Origin: Promethearchaeati archaeon
GTDB lineage: Archaea > Asgardarchaeota > Heimdallarchaeia > Heimdallarchaeales > Heimdallarchaeaceae
Reading direction: 5' to 3'
DNA: 64,000 nucleotides
Assembly: GCA_013166775.1 (NCBI GenBank)
Contig: JABLTJ010000015.1
Span: 1 to 64,000 of the forward strand
Shown here: one piece after another, positions 40,731 to 50,843 of the stretch
Layout of the letters: each line of letters begins with the position of its first letter
How positions within the stretch are numbered: the stretch's first letter is position 1
Notes under the pieces: model-generated
Database searches by the model: none
What the model saw: only the letters and a program-made list of their open reading frames with translations
What the model was told of the DNA's origin: nothing
Position numbers and translations under genes: made by a program

Positions 40731-41962
40731 TACTCTCTTAATCTTGGATCTAAAGCGTCCCTTAAAGCATCACCTAGCAGATTGAATGCTAGTACTACGA
40801 AAAATATCGCAAATCCCGGTAGTAAAGCTAACTCAGGAGAGATTTTTAGCACCGTTTGTGCTTCATTAACCATTTGTCCCCAGGAAATTGTCGTTGGGCT
40901 TCCTAAACCTAAAAACGTAAGTCCTGCTTCAGCAAGAATACCACCTGCAATTGCTAGAGTCCCTATAACAATTATTGGTGCTAGAATATTTGGGAGAATA
41001 TGAATCATAATAATCCTTCTATTACTAGCTCCTAAGACTCTTGCAGCATTTACATAATCCAAATTATATATCTGCCGTGTATTTGCACTGACTAGTCTAC
41101 ATAAACCCGCCCAACCAAAAATACCTAGAACAAGAATAATTACTACTGACTGAGGTATTTGTCTTAGAAAAACTAATCTTCCTCTTCTTATAAATGCAAC
41201 TGCTAGGATGGCTATTACTAGAAATGGCAAAGCAAGAAACATATCTGTTAATCTCATGATTATTTCTTCTGTCCATCCTCTAAAATATCCAGCTAACGCA
41301 CCTAGAGTTACTCCTATTATTACAGAAAGTATAGTTGAGAAAATACCTACAGTGAGAGAAACCTCACTTCCTGCTAGAATCCTTGAAAACTCATCTCTTC
41401 CCAGAATATCAGTCCCTCCAGGATATTTGAGATTTGGATTTGAGAGCGCACCTCCTCCATTCCATGAATCATATAATGGAGTGATTCCTATAGGACTAAA
41501 TGGTACAATTAAAGGATAAATAATCGCTAAAATTGTAATAACAATTATGATTGCGCCTGATATGAGTGCTATCTTATTTTTCCTATATCTTCTCCAGACA
41601 AGAGACCATTGTGAAGGGCTTCTTTCTCTAAGAGTTCCATCTTTAGCTATAATAATCTCTTGTTTCGTTACTGATTCTCTGAATAATTTCCAACCGATTC
41701 TTAGAACGATCCACACTGCAGCTATTATAATAGCATACACAATTGCGAAGTTTCTTACTTTTGTTGATCCTGTGAGAAAGAAGATAACAAAGAGGGTAAC
41801 TAGGATAGCTAAAAATTCAATAACATATTTAAAGTAATAATGCTTCCAAGATACTACTAACGCTCCAGACCATCTCATGGAGTTCGGAAGTCTTTTCTCT
41901 TTCATGTAATTGTCTACTCTTTTAGAAAAGATTTCACGCATATTTTTACTCGTTTTCTGCAA
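40730..41962 (-). CDS. oppC: Oligopeptide ABC transporter permease with N-terminal TM extension
   Basis: GTDILGRD, YVNAARVLGAS and GDALRDALDPR. Confidence 0.9.
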   Translation of the reverse strand: MQKTSKNMREIFSKRVDNYMKEKRLPNSMRWSGALVVSWKHYYFKYVIEFLAILVTLFVIFFLTGSTKVRNFAIVYAIIIAAVWIVLRIGWKLFRESVTKQEIIIAKDGTLRERSPSQWSLVWRRYRKNKIALISGAIIIVITILAIIYPLIVPFSPIGITPLYDSWNGGGALSNPNLKYPGGTDILGRDEFSRILAGSEVSLTVGIFSTILSVIIGVTLGALAGYFRGWTEEIIMRLTDMFLALPFLVIAILAVAFIRRGRLVFLRQIPQSVVIILVLGIFGWAGLCRLVSANTRQIYNLDYVNAARVLGASNRRIIMIHILPNILAPIIVIGTLAIAGGILAEAGLTFLGLGSPTTISWGQMVNEAQTVLKISPELALLPGFAIFFVVLAFNLLGDALRDALDPRLRE

Positions 41963-41980
41963 TTCATATCACACCTTTTG

Positions 41981-43759
41981 TTATAATTCTAATCTTGGAT
42001 CTACTGCAACATAGAGTATGTCTGTAATTAGATTTCCTATCAATATCAGTATCGTTAGTACTGCCGTCGTTCCTAAAATCATCGGAAAGTCGAGAAAACC
42101 TATTGCTATTATATATTTTTGACCTAATCCTGGCCATGTGAATAAGGATTCGGTAATTGGTGCTCCTGCTAAAGCTGTTGCTAAGAATAATCCAATAAAT
42201 GTTATTACAGGAATCAAGGTATTCCTGAAAGCATGTTTCCATGTAATTATTCTTTCTGATAATCCATTGGCTCTAGCCGCTAGAATATAGTCTTGCTGTA
42301 GTACTTCTAACATAGTTGATCGTACTAATCTTGTGTATAATGCCATGAAAGCAAATGTAAGAGTTACTGTTGGCAGAACCATGTGTACCAAAGAATCTAG
42401 TAATCTATCTGATACATTGCCCCACCAAGCTGACCATCCTAAACCCGTTTTCCATCCACCGCCTCCAAGGAATGCCCATGTTTCACCACTAAATACTTTT
42501 GTCGGTGCCGGAACTCGATGCGCTTTTGCAGCTGGGAACCAACCTAAGCCATATCCACTAAAGATGTATATTAATAATAAACCAAAGACGAAAATTGGCA
42601 TTGATTGTCCTAAAAGTGCAAGTGCACTTGCTGAAGAATCAATCCATGTGTTCTGGTTTTTAGCTGCTATTATTCCCAGAGGAATAGAAATTAAGAGTGC
42701 AATAGCGAATGCAGCTAATTGAAGTTTTAGTGTTTCCCAAACTAATCCCCCAATGATATTACTAATCGATTGACCTGAAGTGAAACTGTTTCCCATGTCG
42801 CCATGCAGTAAATTGTAAAACCACATAATAAATTGAACATAAATTGGTTGATCTAAACCTAATTTTCGCGTAAGATTAATCCTATCTTGTTCCGTTACTC
42901 TTTGTTTTCCAAGTAAAAGCAAAGAAACAGGATCTCCCATCCCACTTACCATCACAAATGTCATGATGCTAATGGCAATGAAGAGCGGAATTAAGGTCAA
43001 GAGACGACGCATAATATAAGTTGTTACTCTTAATGAAGTAACGTGTTTTATCCATTTAAAGAAGCCAAAACCTCCCATTTTTCTAGCCATTTGAGAACCA
43101 GTTGGTTGTTGCCAATTGACGGGTAGAAATATACCAGTAACCATTAACAAAATACCAATGACAAATATATAGAAACCTGGTTGAATCATGCCTAATAACT
43201 CAATATTGAAATAAGATGGCGTTGAATCAAGTGGATTGAAAGTTATCGGATTAAGAATATCCGTTGTTGAGAATTGACCTGCAACAACTGCATTATACTT
43301 ATCCGATGCAATATGCAGAGTTTGATTCATTGCAATGATTGCTGAAACTAACCCCACCAACAGTAGAAGCGATGCAGAAATGTCCGCTACAAGACCTCTC
43401 CTTTTGAAACCACCGCTTTGGAAGACTTGTCCCAATACTGTTGCTAGAATTGCAAAAATCATTACAAACCATAATGTTGCGGATAAGACAATTATACTAC
43501 TTGGAACTTCTTCAACCAAATATCTTGCAGTAAGTTTGTGATCCTCACCTACAAAGGTTAGAAGCCTATAATCAACTTTGAAAGCTAAAACTCTTACAAG
43601 ATTCCCACTATTGACTAATAACCCACTAGGATTATCTGGTATGATTTCTGTGTCCGCAGGTTCAGAATCAAAATCTATTGCATATAATGGTATAAACGCA
43701 GAAGTAAATATAAGAATAAAACCAATAATTTTTAGCGATATTGCTACACTTTTATCCAT
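41981..43759 (-). CDS. oppB: Oligopeptide ABC transporter permease fused to an N-terminal 4-TM domain
   Basis: GLDQP, DYILAARANGL, KHAFRN, TWPGLG and DPR. About 240 extra N-terminal residues. Confidence 0.9.
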   Translation of the reverse strand: MDKSVAISLKIIGFILIFTSAFIPLYAIDFDSEPADTEIIPDNPSGLLVNSGNLVRVLAFKVDYRLLTFVGEDHKLTARYLVEEVPSSIIVLSATLWFVMIFAILATVLGQVFQSGGFKRRGLVADISASLLLLVGLVSAIIAMNQTLHIASDKYNAVVAGQFSTTDILNPITFNPLDSTPSYFNIELLGMIQPGFYIFVIGILLMVTGIFLPVNWQQPTGSQMARKMGGFGFFKWIKHVTSLRVTTYIMRRLLTLIPLFIAISIMTFVMVSGMGDPVSLLLLGKQRVTEQDRINLTRKLGLDQPIYVQFIMWFYNLLHGDMGNSFTSGQSISNIIGGLVWETLKLQLAAFAIALLISIPLGIIAAKNQNTWIDSSASALALLGQSMPIFVFGLLLIYIFSGYGLGWFPAAKAHRVPAPTKVFSGETWAFLGGGGWKTGLGWSAWWGNVSDRLLDSLVHMVLPTVTLTFAFMALYTRLVRSTMLEVLQQDYILAARANGLSERIITWKHAFRNTLIPVITFIGLFLATALAGAPITESLFTWPGLGQKYIIAIGFLDFPMILGTTAVLTILILIGNLITDILYVAVDPRLEL

Positions 43760-43995
43760 AATGAATCAATCCAATATATGGTGACATTACTAATCTTATG
43801 TTTTAAAAAATGCTGAAGTTTTTATAAATGTTGCCTCAAATACCTCAAATACAAAACAATAATTGGAATGAAAAACAATTCTTCTAAAATACAATCATCA
43901 AACTGTGATAAATAAGAGAACCAACGATAACAAAAAATATTTAAAGAAAACCAGAAAGAAAGAAACGAAGGAGAATTTAAAAAGAAGAAATCGAT

Positions 43996-44072
43996 GGGGC
44001 AGTGATCTAGCCTGGAATGATACCTCCTTGACGTGGAGGAAGTCGGTGGTTCAAATCCGCCCTGCCCCACCA
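43996..44072 (+). tRNA. tRNA-Val(GAC)
   Basis: Acceptor ggggcag/ctgcccc, anticodon arm cctcc-ttGACgt-ggagg, ttcaaat T loop, ACCA. Confidence 0.96.
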
Positions 44073-44189
44073 CTAATTTTCCTAATTTTTCATATATTTC
44101 CTGTTATTGGTTTTGTTAATATTGTAATAAATAATAAGAGGATCTTCTTAGAATTTTAAAATGTATTAGAAGAAAAGAAAAAAAAGAGG

Positions 44190-45974
44190 TTAAAGATAGA
44201 AATTTAAGCTTGCGGGTGTAAAAACAAAAGCAAAAGCAAAAAAAGCAACAGTTATTACAGCTCCAATTATAGAAAGCACCAAAGCAATTGTGTTTTTCTT
44301 GTTAATTCCTTCCTTCTTCCTAGCTTTGATTGACATGGGAAGTGTTACTACAGAAAATGCGAAAAATATTGGTATAGCTAAACAACAAATAGAAAGAATC
44401 ATAGAAATTTTAGAATCAGTTTTGGCTTTGTGATAAGCTTCATTCTCTTCAACAATGTTTATCCATGCACCCTTATTGGAAAAAACGTCCATATTAATAT
44501 CCCCTTTCTGATACCATTTCTTTTCTTTTAGAAAACTAATTCTTCGAATTGGAAGTAGGATATAACCAATCGATTTCATGAACCATTCGAATGAAAATTT
44601 ATAATTCACCATTCCCCACAAATAAAGAATTATTGTATAAAAGGCAAGCGTTGTTAAAATCGAAAGAATTGTTCCTCCCCATAACATTTTGCTGCCATTA
44701 GTTAGTCCAAATAATAGAGGGATAAATAAAGGTGGAAGCCAGTTTAACCATTGATTATTATAATTTGAAAATGCGATTATTCCATAACGTCTAATGTAGC
44801 CTGTTTTTTTTGCAAAGTGAGAACCGCGACCACGAAATTCAACTAAGAAAATAACTATCATGCACAACATAATACTAAAGCCGTTTGTGATTAATGTTTG
44901 CCACAGCCATGCAAACGAAGATATATATGGTGCATATATCATGGGAGCATCAGGATACCAATGACGATGAAATGAAATAAATCTGTAGAATGTTATCCCT
45001 CCATCGAAACCCGTATTATTCATAACATTAACTAATTCAATAACAGTACCAATGGCTCCAGCAACAAACATCACAAAACCAGTTAAGAGAATTGTTTTAG
45101 TGAATCCTTTGAAAAGAACTTTCTTGGGCTGAGAGATAGCTATACCAATTATACTACCGATAAAGGATACAGCTAAGTACGGAAAAATTGGTTCCATTGG
45201 AGCAGCAAGAGGATTTATAAAAATACCAATGAGTACAGCGACAAATCCTGCTGTACGAAGATCAGGCAAATCCATTCTGGATCCATCCGTATTAATTCCC
45301 CAGGGGAAACCTATTCCGTTGACACCTTTTAAACCATTATAGATTCCATCCCAGACAAATTTTGTACTTGCAAGAATGATGACAGATAAAATAGCATAGA
45401 TCAATATTTGACGTCTTGGTTTTTTCCAACCACTTTTGATAGAAAGTAATCCTTGAGTAATTCCATTTAATATTACACACCAAGCTATAGTGTGGATTGT
45501 CTCAAAAGTAGCCCACCCAGTCATAGCAATAGATATATTAAAAGTCGGATTTCGTAGGTTTGAAATTAAATTTCCAAAAGATCCATGATAACCTGTTAAC
45601 CCTTCAGTTAACATTGCAAATAGAAGCAAAATAATTCCACCAATAACTTGTTTTATTGCAATAGAACCTGCACTTATCCCTTTCTTCAGATTTTTTTGCA
45701 TACTAACCATATTGGAAATTGCAGAAGCAAGTAAGAACAAACCCGCTAGTCCTCCTAACAAGGGTAAAATCACAAGCGCTATCAAATTTATCAAAGGTAT
45801 ATGATTAATGTTATCTCCAGCAAGAAGTGTATCAATATCAAGGTAATCAGAAATTATATGGAGAATTATCATAACAAAAATCGCTAATCCTCTAAGGAAA
45901 TCTAAACTAGCAAAACGTTTCACTGAAGTATTCTCGGAGAGTCCTGTACTGGTATTAGGATGTGTTTTTTCCAT
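44190..45974 (-). CDS. Polytopic membrane protein, DUF1624/HGSNAT-like acyltransferase N-terminus
   Basis: RFASLDFLRGLAIFVMIILH, PIFPYL and many TM segments. Confidence 0.75.
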   Translation of the reverse strand: MEKTHPNTSTGLSENTSVKRFASLDFLRGLAIFVMIILHIISDYLDIDTLLAGDNINHIPLINLIALVILPLLGGLAGLFLLASAISNMVSMQKNLKKGISAGSIAIKQVIGGIILLLFAMLTEGLTGYHGSFGNLISNLRNPTFNISIAMTGWATFETIHTIAWCVILNGITQGLLSIKSGWKKPRRQILIYAILSVIILASTKFVWDGIYNGLKGVNGIGFPWGINTDGSRMDLPDLRTAGFVAVLIGIFINPLAAPMEPIFPYLAVSFIGSIIGIAISQPKKVLFKGFTKTILLTGFVMFVAGAIGTVIELVNVMNNTGFDGGITFYRFISFHRHWYPDAPMIYAPYISSFAWLWQTLITNGFSIMLCMIVIFLVEFRGRGSHFAKKTGYIRRYGIIAFSNYNNQWLNWLPPLFIPLLFGLTNGSKMLWGGTILSILTTLAFYTIILYLWGMVNYKFSFEWFMKSIGYILLPIRRISFLKEKKWYQKGDINMDVFSNKGAWINIVEENEAYHKAKTDSKISMILSICCLAIPIFFAFSVVTLPMSIKARKKEGINKKNTIALVLSIIGAVITVAFFAFAFVFTPASLNFYL

Positions 45975-46064
45975 CCAAAGCCCTCTTTTTTTGATATTAA
46001 AGCATCTAAAAATCTTATTACATAAAGATTCTTCTCAGTTTTGACTAATTATGTTTATATCGAC

Positions 46065-46982
46065 TTAAATGAACAATCCTTCAACACTCAGGTATCTTTG
46101 CCCCGTATCCGCAAGAATAACTACAATTCTTTTCCCCTTATTCTCTGATCTCTTTGCAATTTGCTTTGCTGCTTCGCAAACAGCACCTGAACTTATTCCA
46201 ACTAAAATTCCCTCTTTCAGTGCAATTTGTCTGCATGTTTCAAAGGCATCATCTTGTTTAACCAAGTAAATTTCATCAAGAATTTCTTTATCTAGTGTTT
46301 CCGGAACAAAACCTGGAGCAGTGCCCATCATTTTATGTGGTTGGAATATTCCTTTAGAGATGTAAGGTGATTCAAAAGGTTCAACTGCAACTAATTTCAC
46401 GCTTGATTTCTTTTCTTTCAGATATTTACCTGCCCCACAAATAGTACCACCGGTACCTAATCCTGCTACCAGAATATCTATCTCTCCCCCAGTTTGTTCC
46501 CACAGCTCTGGACCAGTTGTTAAGTAATGAGCTTTGGGATTTGATGGATTTATATGTTGACCTATGTAGAAATAATCAGGATTATCTGCAAGCATTTCCT
46601 TCAGTTTTTGTCGTGATCCTTCTGTTCCTAATTCAGCAGGAGTTAGAATCAGCTCAGCACCTAGCGCTTTTAGAATTTGACGACGTTCTATACTTTGAAT
46701 TTCTGACATAATTAAAATAGCTTTATAGCCTTTTATTAAAGAAATGAAAGCTACTGCCATTCCTGTATTACCGCTAGTACATTCAATAACAGTGTCCCCA
46801 GGACTAAGTTTTCCCTCTTCTTCAGCAGCTCTAAATATTTGAAGGATTGGTCTATCTTTTATGCTAAAAGGATTCATAAATTCACATTTTCCATAAATAT
46901 CCTTCTTTGGAAACAACCTACTTAATCTCAATAGAGGAGTATTTCCAATCAAATCAGTTAATTTCGAAGCAACATTACCCAA
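46065..46982 (-). CDS. cysK: Cysteine synthase
   Basis: IGNTPL, SIKDR, TSGNTG, GTGGT, GISSGA and DTGQRYLS. Confidence 0.93.
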   Translation of the reverse strand: MGNVASKLTDLIGNTPLLRLSRLFPKKDIYGKCEFMNPFSIKDRPILQIFRAAEEEGKLSPGDTVIECTSGNTGMAVAFISLIKGYKAILIMSEIQSIERRQILKALGAELILTPAELGTEGSRQKLKEMLADNPDYFYIGQHINPSNPKAHYLTTGPELWEQTGGEIDILVAGLGTGGTICGAGKYLKEKKSSVKLVAVEPFESPYISKGIFQPHKMMGTAPGFVPETLDKEILDEIYLVKQDDAFETCRQIALKEGILVGISSGAVCEAAKQIAKRSENKGKRIVVILADTGQRYLSVEGLFI

Positions 46983-47066
46983 ATAAACACCTACTCATTT
47001 CTTTCCTTAGGTTTTGTATATTGAAAATTTAAATAGTTATACATTATTTTATCGATAGAAAATATC

Positions 47067-48032
47067 ATGAATTTAGTAGAAGAAGCTTTGAAAGCCGAAA
47101 AAAGAATAAGGAAATACATTATTGAAACTCCTCTTCAATATTCACAATTCTTAAGTAAAGCAGGAGATTGCGAGGTCTATCTTAAACTTGAAAATATGCA
47201 AACGACAGGATCTTTTAAGATAAGAGGAGCTATGAATAAGATACTTTCAGTACTAGATGAAAAGAAAGATGTGGAATTTGTTACTTCATCATCTGGAAAC
47301 CATGCTTTAGCTTTTGCATATTCTACAGATAAACTTGGTTTAAAAGGAACAGTCTATTTACCAGAATATACTTCTAAAGCGAAAATAGAAGCTCTTCAGC
47401 ATTATAATCTAGAAATTAATTTCTATGGTGATGATTGCGTAAAAACCGAAAAATATGCTCGAAAAGTTGCGGAAAAAAACAATTCTGTTTTCATATCGCC
47501 ATATAACGATTATAAAATCATAGCTGGTCAAGCAACTATAGCTGTAGAGCTTGAAAGGCAATTAAGGATGATAGATTCTATCCTTGTTCCAATAGGTGGA
47601 GGAGGTTTAATTTCCGGTGTTGGAAGTTATTTGAAGGAAATTAAAACGGATGCAAAGATAATTGGTTGTCAACCTGAAAATTCTGCTGTAATGTATGAAT
47701 CTATTAAAGCAGGTAAGATTCTAGATATCCCCTCTAAACCTACCATATCAGATGGAACAGCTGGAGGGATAGAAGAAAACTCTATTACTTATGACTTGTG
47801 CAAGAAATATGTAGATGATTACATACTGTTGTCAGAAGAATCTATAATGGACGCAATCCGGTTGGTGATTGATAAACATCAAATACTAGTTGAAGGTGCG
47901 GGGGCTTTATCAATTGCATCCTTTCTGAAACATAAAAAGAAATTCAAAAAACAAAATATTGTTCTAGTAATAAGTGGTTCGAAGATTAGTTTAGATGTTT
48001 TAAAAGAAATACTATGCCTATCATCTACGTGA
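47067..48032 (+). CDS. Threonine/serine dehydratase family PLP enzyme
   Basis: LENMQTTGSFKIRGA, SSGNH and PIGGGGL. Confidence 0.92.
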   Translation: MNLVEEALKAEKRIRKYIIETPLQYSQFLSKAGDCEVYLKLENMQTTGSFKIRGAMNKILSVLDEKKDVEFVTSSSGNHALAFAYSTDKLGLKGTVYLPEYTSKAKIEALQHYNLEINFYGDDCVKTEKYARKVAEKNNSVFISPYNDYKIIAGQATIAVELERQLRMIDSILVPIGGGGLISGVGSYLKEIKTDAKIIGCQPENSAVMYESIKAGKILDIPSKPTISDGTAGGIEENSITYDLCKKYVDDYILLSEESIMDAIRLVIDKHQILVEGAGALSIASFLKHKKKFKKQNIVLVISGSKISLDVLKEILCLSST

Positions 48033-48551
48033 TTAGTATTGATTCAAGTAACCAATTTCAAGATTTTCTTTCTCTTGAAGCATTTCGATTTCTACAATGT
48101 TTTTTATATTTTCTCTCTTTAGAAGATTCTTAAACATAAAGAAGTCAGATGGAATAATATCTTCTGTTTTCTTTTCTATCTCATTTTCTGAAAACCATCC
48201 TAATTGCCCTTCTTTTGTTTCCTTTAATCTTCCTCCTTCAACAGAAGTATGACATAAAATAATTAGGAAATGTTTCAATTTCTCTCCTGTTTCTTTATCT
48301 CTTAGTATTTCATTAAGAACAGCCTTTACTCCCAACCACTTTACTTCTAATCCTGTTTCTTCTCTAATTTCCCTAATTGTTGCGCTTCTTATTTCTTCAT
48401 TAAAGCACATCTTTCCACCAACAAGAGCCCACTTCTGTCGATAATCTCCCCTCGCTCTTTTGATAAATAACCACTTATCGTTTTTCTGAATACCTGCTAT
48501 CACCACATTCAAGATAGTTTTTTCATCCATACTGGTGCCTATTTTTTCCAA
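48033..48551 (-). CDS. NUDIX hydrolase
   Basis: Nudix box GGK...EE...ATIREIREETGL. Confidence 0.9.
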   Translation of the reverse strand: MEKIGTSMDEKTILNVVIAGIQKNDKWLFIKRARGDYRQKWALVGGKMCFNEEIRSATIREIREETGLEVKWLGVKAVLNEILRDKETGEKLKHFLIILCHTSVEGGRLKETKEGQLGWFSENEIEKKTEDIIPSDFFMFKNLLKRENIKNIVEIEMLQEKENLEIGYLNQY

Positions 48552-48637
48552 TTCTAAAACTTTTAGCCTACTTTTGATATATATTCAAAGTCATAACATT
48601 CTTAAATATTCATTATGATGCTCTTTAGCGAACCCCA

Positions 48638-49237
48638 ATGACTAGCTTTATCCGAAGAACTATTCAAGCAATTCGTAGGAAACTTGGCTATCCTGAAGTA
48701 TCGATTTTAGTAATGGGAGATGATATCCCAGCAACAAGAAATCGTGTTCTTCTTATTAGGTCTAGTACTTCGCTAAATGAATTCATCATTGACAGTGTTT
48801 TAACCAAACTACCCTACTCTGACAAATTTAAGTTTAAGCAGAAACAGTTTGAGCCTTTTGAAAGTGTTCTTTATCTTATTGATGCAACCAAAGAAGAAAT
48901 GATTAAACATGAAAGAAATTATTTCTGGGAAAAAATCGTATGGGATGAGAAAACACAGAAGCTTCCAATTGCTGTATGTGCTTATAATACTAATCTTCAA
49001 GGAGCCTTAACTAGAGGCGAATTAATAGAAAATATGTCCTTAATAAGGCTAACAGATCGTTTATGGAACCTTTTTGAAGTTCCAGATGTACCTTCTATAA
49101 TCACAGCGATGAAATGGTTAAAAAGAATAATTCATATGGGTTATGTAAAGTCTTGGGAAGAGAAAGAGAAATTATTGGTAAAAATTAAACCAATTCAAAT
49201 TCAAATACCTTCAGAAGAAGAAGAAGATATACAATAA
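48638..49237 (+). CDS. Arf-like pseudo-GTPase
   Basis: N-terminal amphipathic helix, ILVMGDD strand, [36 protein letters not shown] and AMKWL align by eye with Arf1. G1, G3 and G4 are lost. Confidence 0.7.
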   Translation: [199 protein letters not shown]

Positions 49238-49254
49238 AAAAAGAGGAACTTACT

Positions 49255-50805
49255 ATGTCACTCACTATTGAAAAATTAATTAAAGATGGATATACAGGAT
49301 TTTCTGTAAGATCAATTCTGATGAACCCAGAATTTCGTGAGAGAGTTATAAAAGATGTTAGTGTAAGAGGTAATATTACAGGTAAAAATCTGGTAATGGA
49401 TAAATTGGCGGTTGGTGGAAAAGTACTCCTAACAGGTCCAACAGGTGAAGCAAAATCACTTTTTGCAAGAATTCTTTTGGATCACGTTGTTAGAGAAATG
49501 AACAATTTTAAATATCATATCGAAGGTTGCCCATTCTTAGAAGATGCGGGTTATATTAAGGATGTAATTGATAATTATGCATCTAATCCCTTTGCAGGAA
49601 TAAGAGTAATGCAATCTCTTTGTCCTTATTGTAGGCATAACATCGAGAAAATTTTGTCAAAAGATGGTACTTCAGTACAACTTGATAATACTAACAGCAT
49701 GCTTGAAATTACACCTAAAGAAGTTGTCGACCGTTTAGGTAAGCTTGGTGCAGCTAAAACTCTTGTAAGGAGAGCACAGTTAGATCCAAGAACTGATCCT
49801 GAAAGCTTATACATGCTATTGGCAGGTGTTGAAAACCTGGAGGAATTATTTGGTAAAGATACATCCACTACATATGCTGCTACATCTCACAAAGTTGGTG
49901 TTCTATCCCATGGTTTTATAGTGGTAAATGAAATACAAAGACTTCCGTTAACCCTTTTAGAATCTCTTATGGGTTTTCTAGAAGAACCTATGGGAATAAA
50001 ATACAATATACAAGGAGAACCAGTATACATTGATGGTGCAGTTCTTTTCACTTCCAATGCTCCATTGACTGTCTTTGGAGAAGAAAGTCAACCTATTATT
50101 AACCGTATACCTGAAGTATTATGGGCCGCTCGTGCTGTTGAAAGTAGAGAACAAATCATCAGAGATATGTTCGAAGAACAAATAATTCTATCAAGAAGAA
50201 GCATTACAGCAAATCCATCAATAATCCAACTTCATGAATTGGAAAAAGAAACCACTGATTTTGTCAGTAGATTAGCAGTAGATTTCTTAGCATATTTGGG
50301 GAACAATTCGTTACCTGAATCGTTGAAGATCAGGGGATTAAGATCAGAAAGCAGAGTAGAAAGAAATGATTTCTACTCCGGTCTTGATGAAATTCATGAT
50401 CCACAAAGAAATCCACACATAGATTTACGTACTATGAATAATATCATTGGAGAAACTGTACTTCTTCAGGCTAGAGAGGCCGATGAAGAAGCAGTTAACG
50501 TAATAACTTTAGAAAGGTTACGAGAAACTATGGGTGCATTTGATATACCTGCTTCAATGGTTAATGATGCTTTACAACAAATCAAAATACTGTTGCGAAC
50601 CTCTATAAAAGAATCAGAAGTTTCTATTAGTGTTCAGGACATCTCTGAAGATATCTCAAAGATGAAAGCTCTCAGTGATTCTGAACTTGCAAATCTAGTA
50701 GTTAAGTTCGAAGGATTGGACAAATACAAAGAGAATATTAGAACTACAATAATTGAAAAACTCAAACCATCTTATGAGCAATTGCTAAAAGTAGACTACA
50801 TTTAG
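49255..50805 (+). CDS. ChlI/MoxR-type AAA+ ATPase
   Basis: Walker A GPTGEAKS, GCPF...CPYC insertion, Walker B FIVVNE, sensor FTSN and arginine finger INRI. Confidence 0.82.
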   Translation: MSLTIEKLIKDGYTGFSVRSILMNPEFRERVIKDVSVRGNITGKNLVMDKLAVGGKVLLTGPTGEAKSLFARILLDHVVREMNNFKYHIEGCPFLEDAGYIKDVIDNYASNPFAGIRVMQSLCPYCRHNIEKILSKDGTSVQLDNTNSMLEITPKEVVDRLGKLGAAKTLVRRAQLDPRTDPESLYMLLAGVENLEELFGKDTSTTYAATSHKVGVLSHGFIVVNEIQRLPLTLLESLMGFLEEPMGIKYNIQGEPVYIDGAVLFTSNAPLTVFGEESQPIINRIPEVLWAARAVESREQIIRDMFEEQIILSRRSITANPSIIQLHELEKETTDFVSRLAVDFLAYLGNNSLPESLKIRGLRSESRVERNDFYSGLDEIHDPQRNPHIDLRTMNNIIGETVLLQAREADEEAVNVITLERLRETMGAFDIPASMVNDALQQIKILLRTSIKESEVSISVQDISEDISKMKALSDSELANLVVKFEGLDKYKENIRTTIIEKLKPSYEQLLKVDYI

Positions 50806-50843
50806 AAAATAAACCTTGAAAATAGCTCGAAGGAGATGAAAAA

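Noticed and set aside
40782-43784. Several plus-strand ORFs and 41964..42242 within the opp permeases
   Set aside because: They are antisense or alternative-frame shadows of the oppB and oppC coding sequences.
43822-44159. ORFs 43822..44073 and 43905..44159
   Set aside because: They span tRNA-Val.
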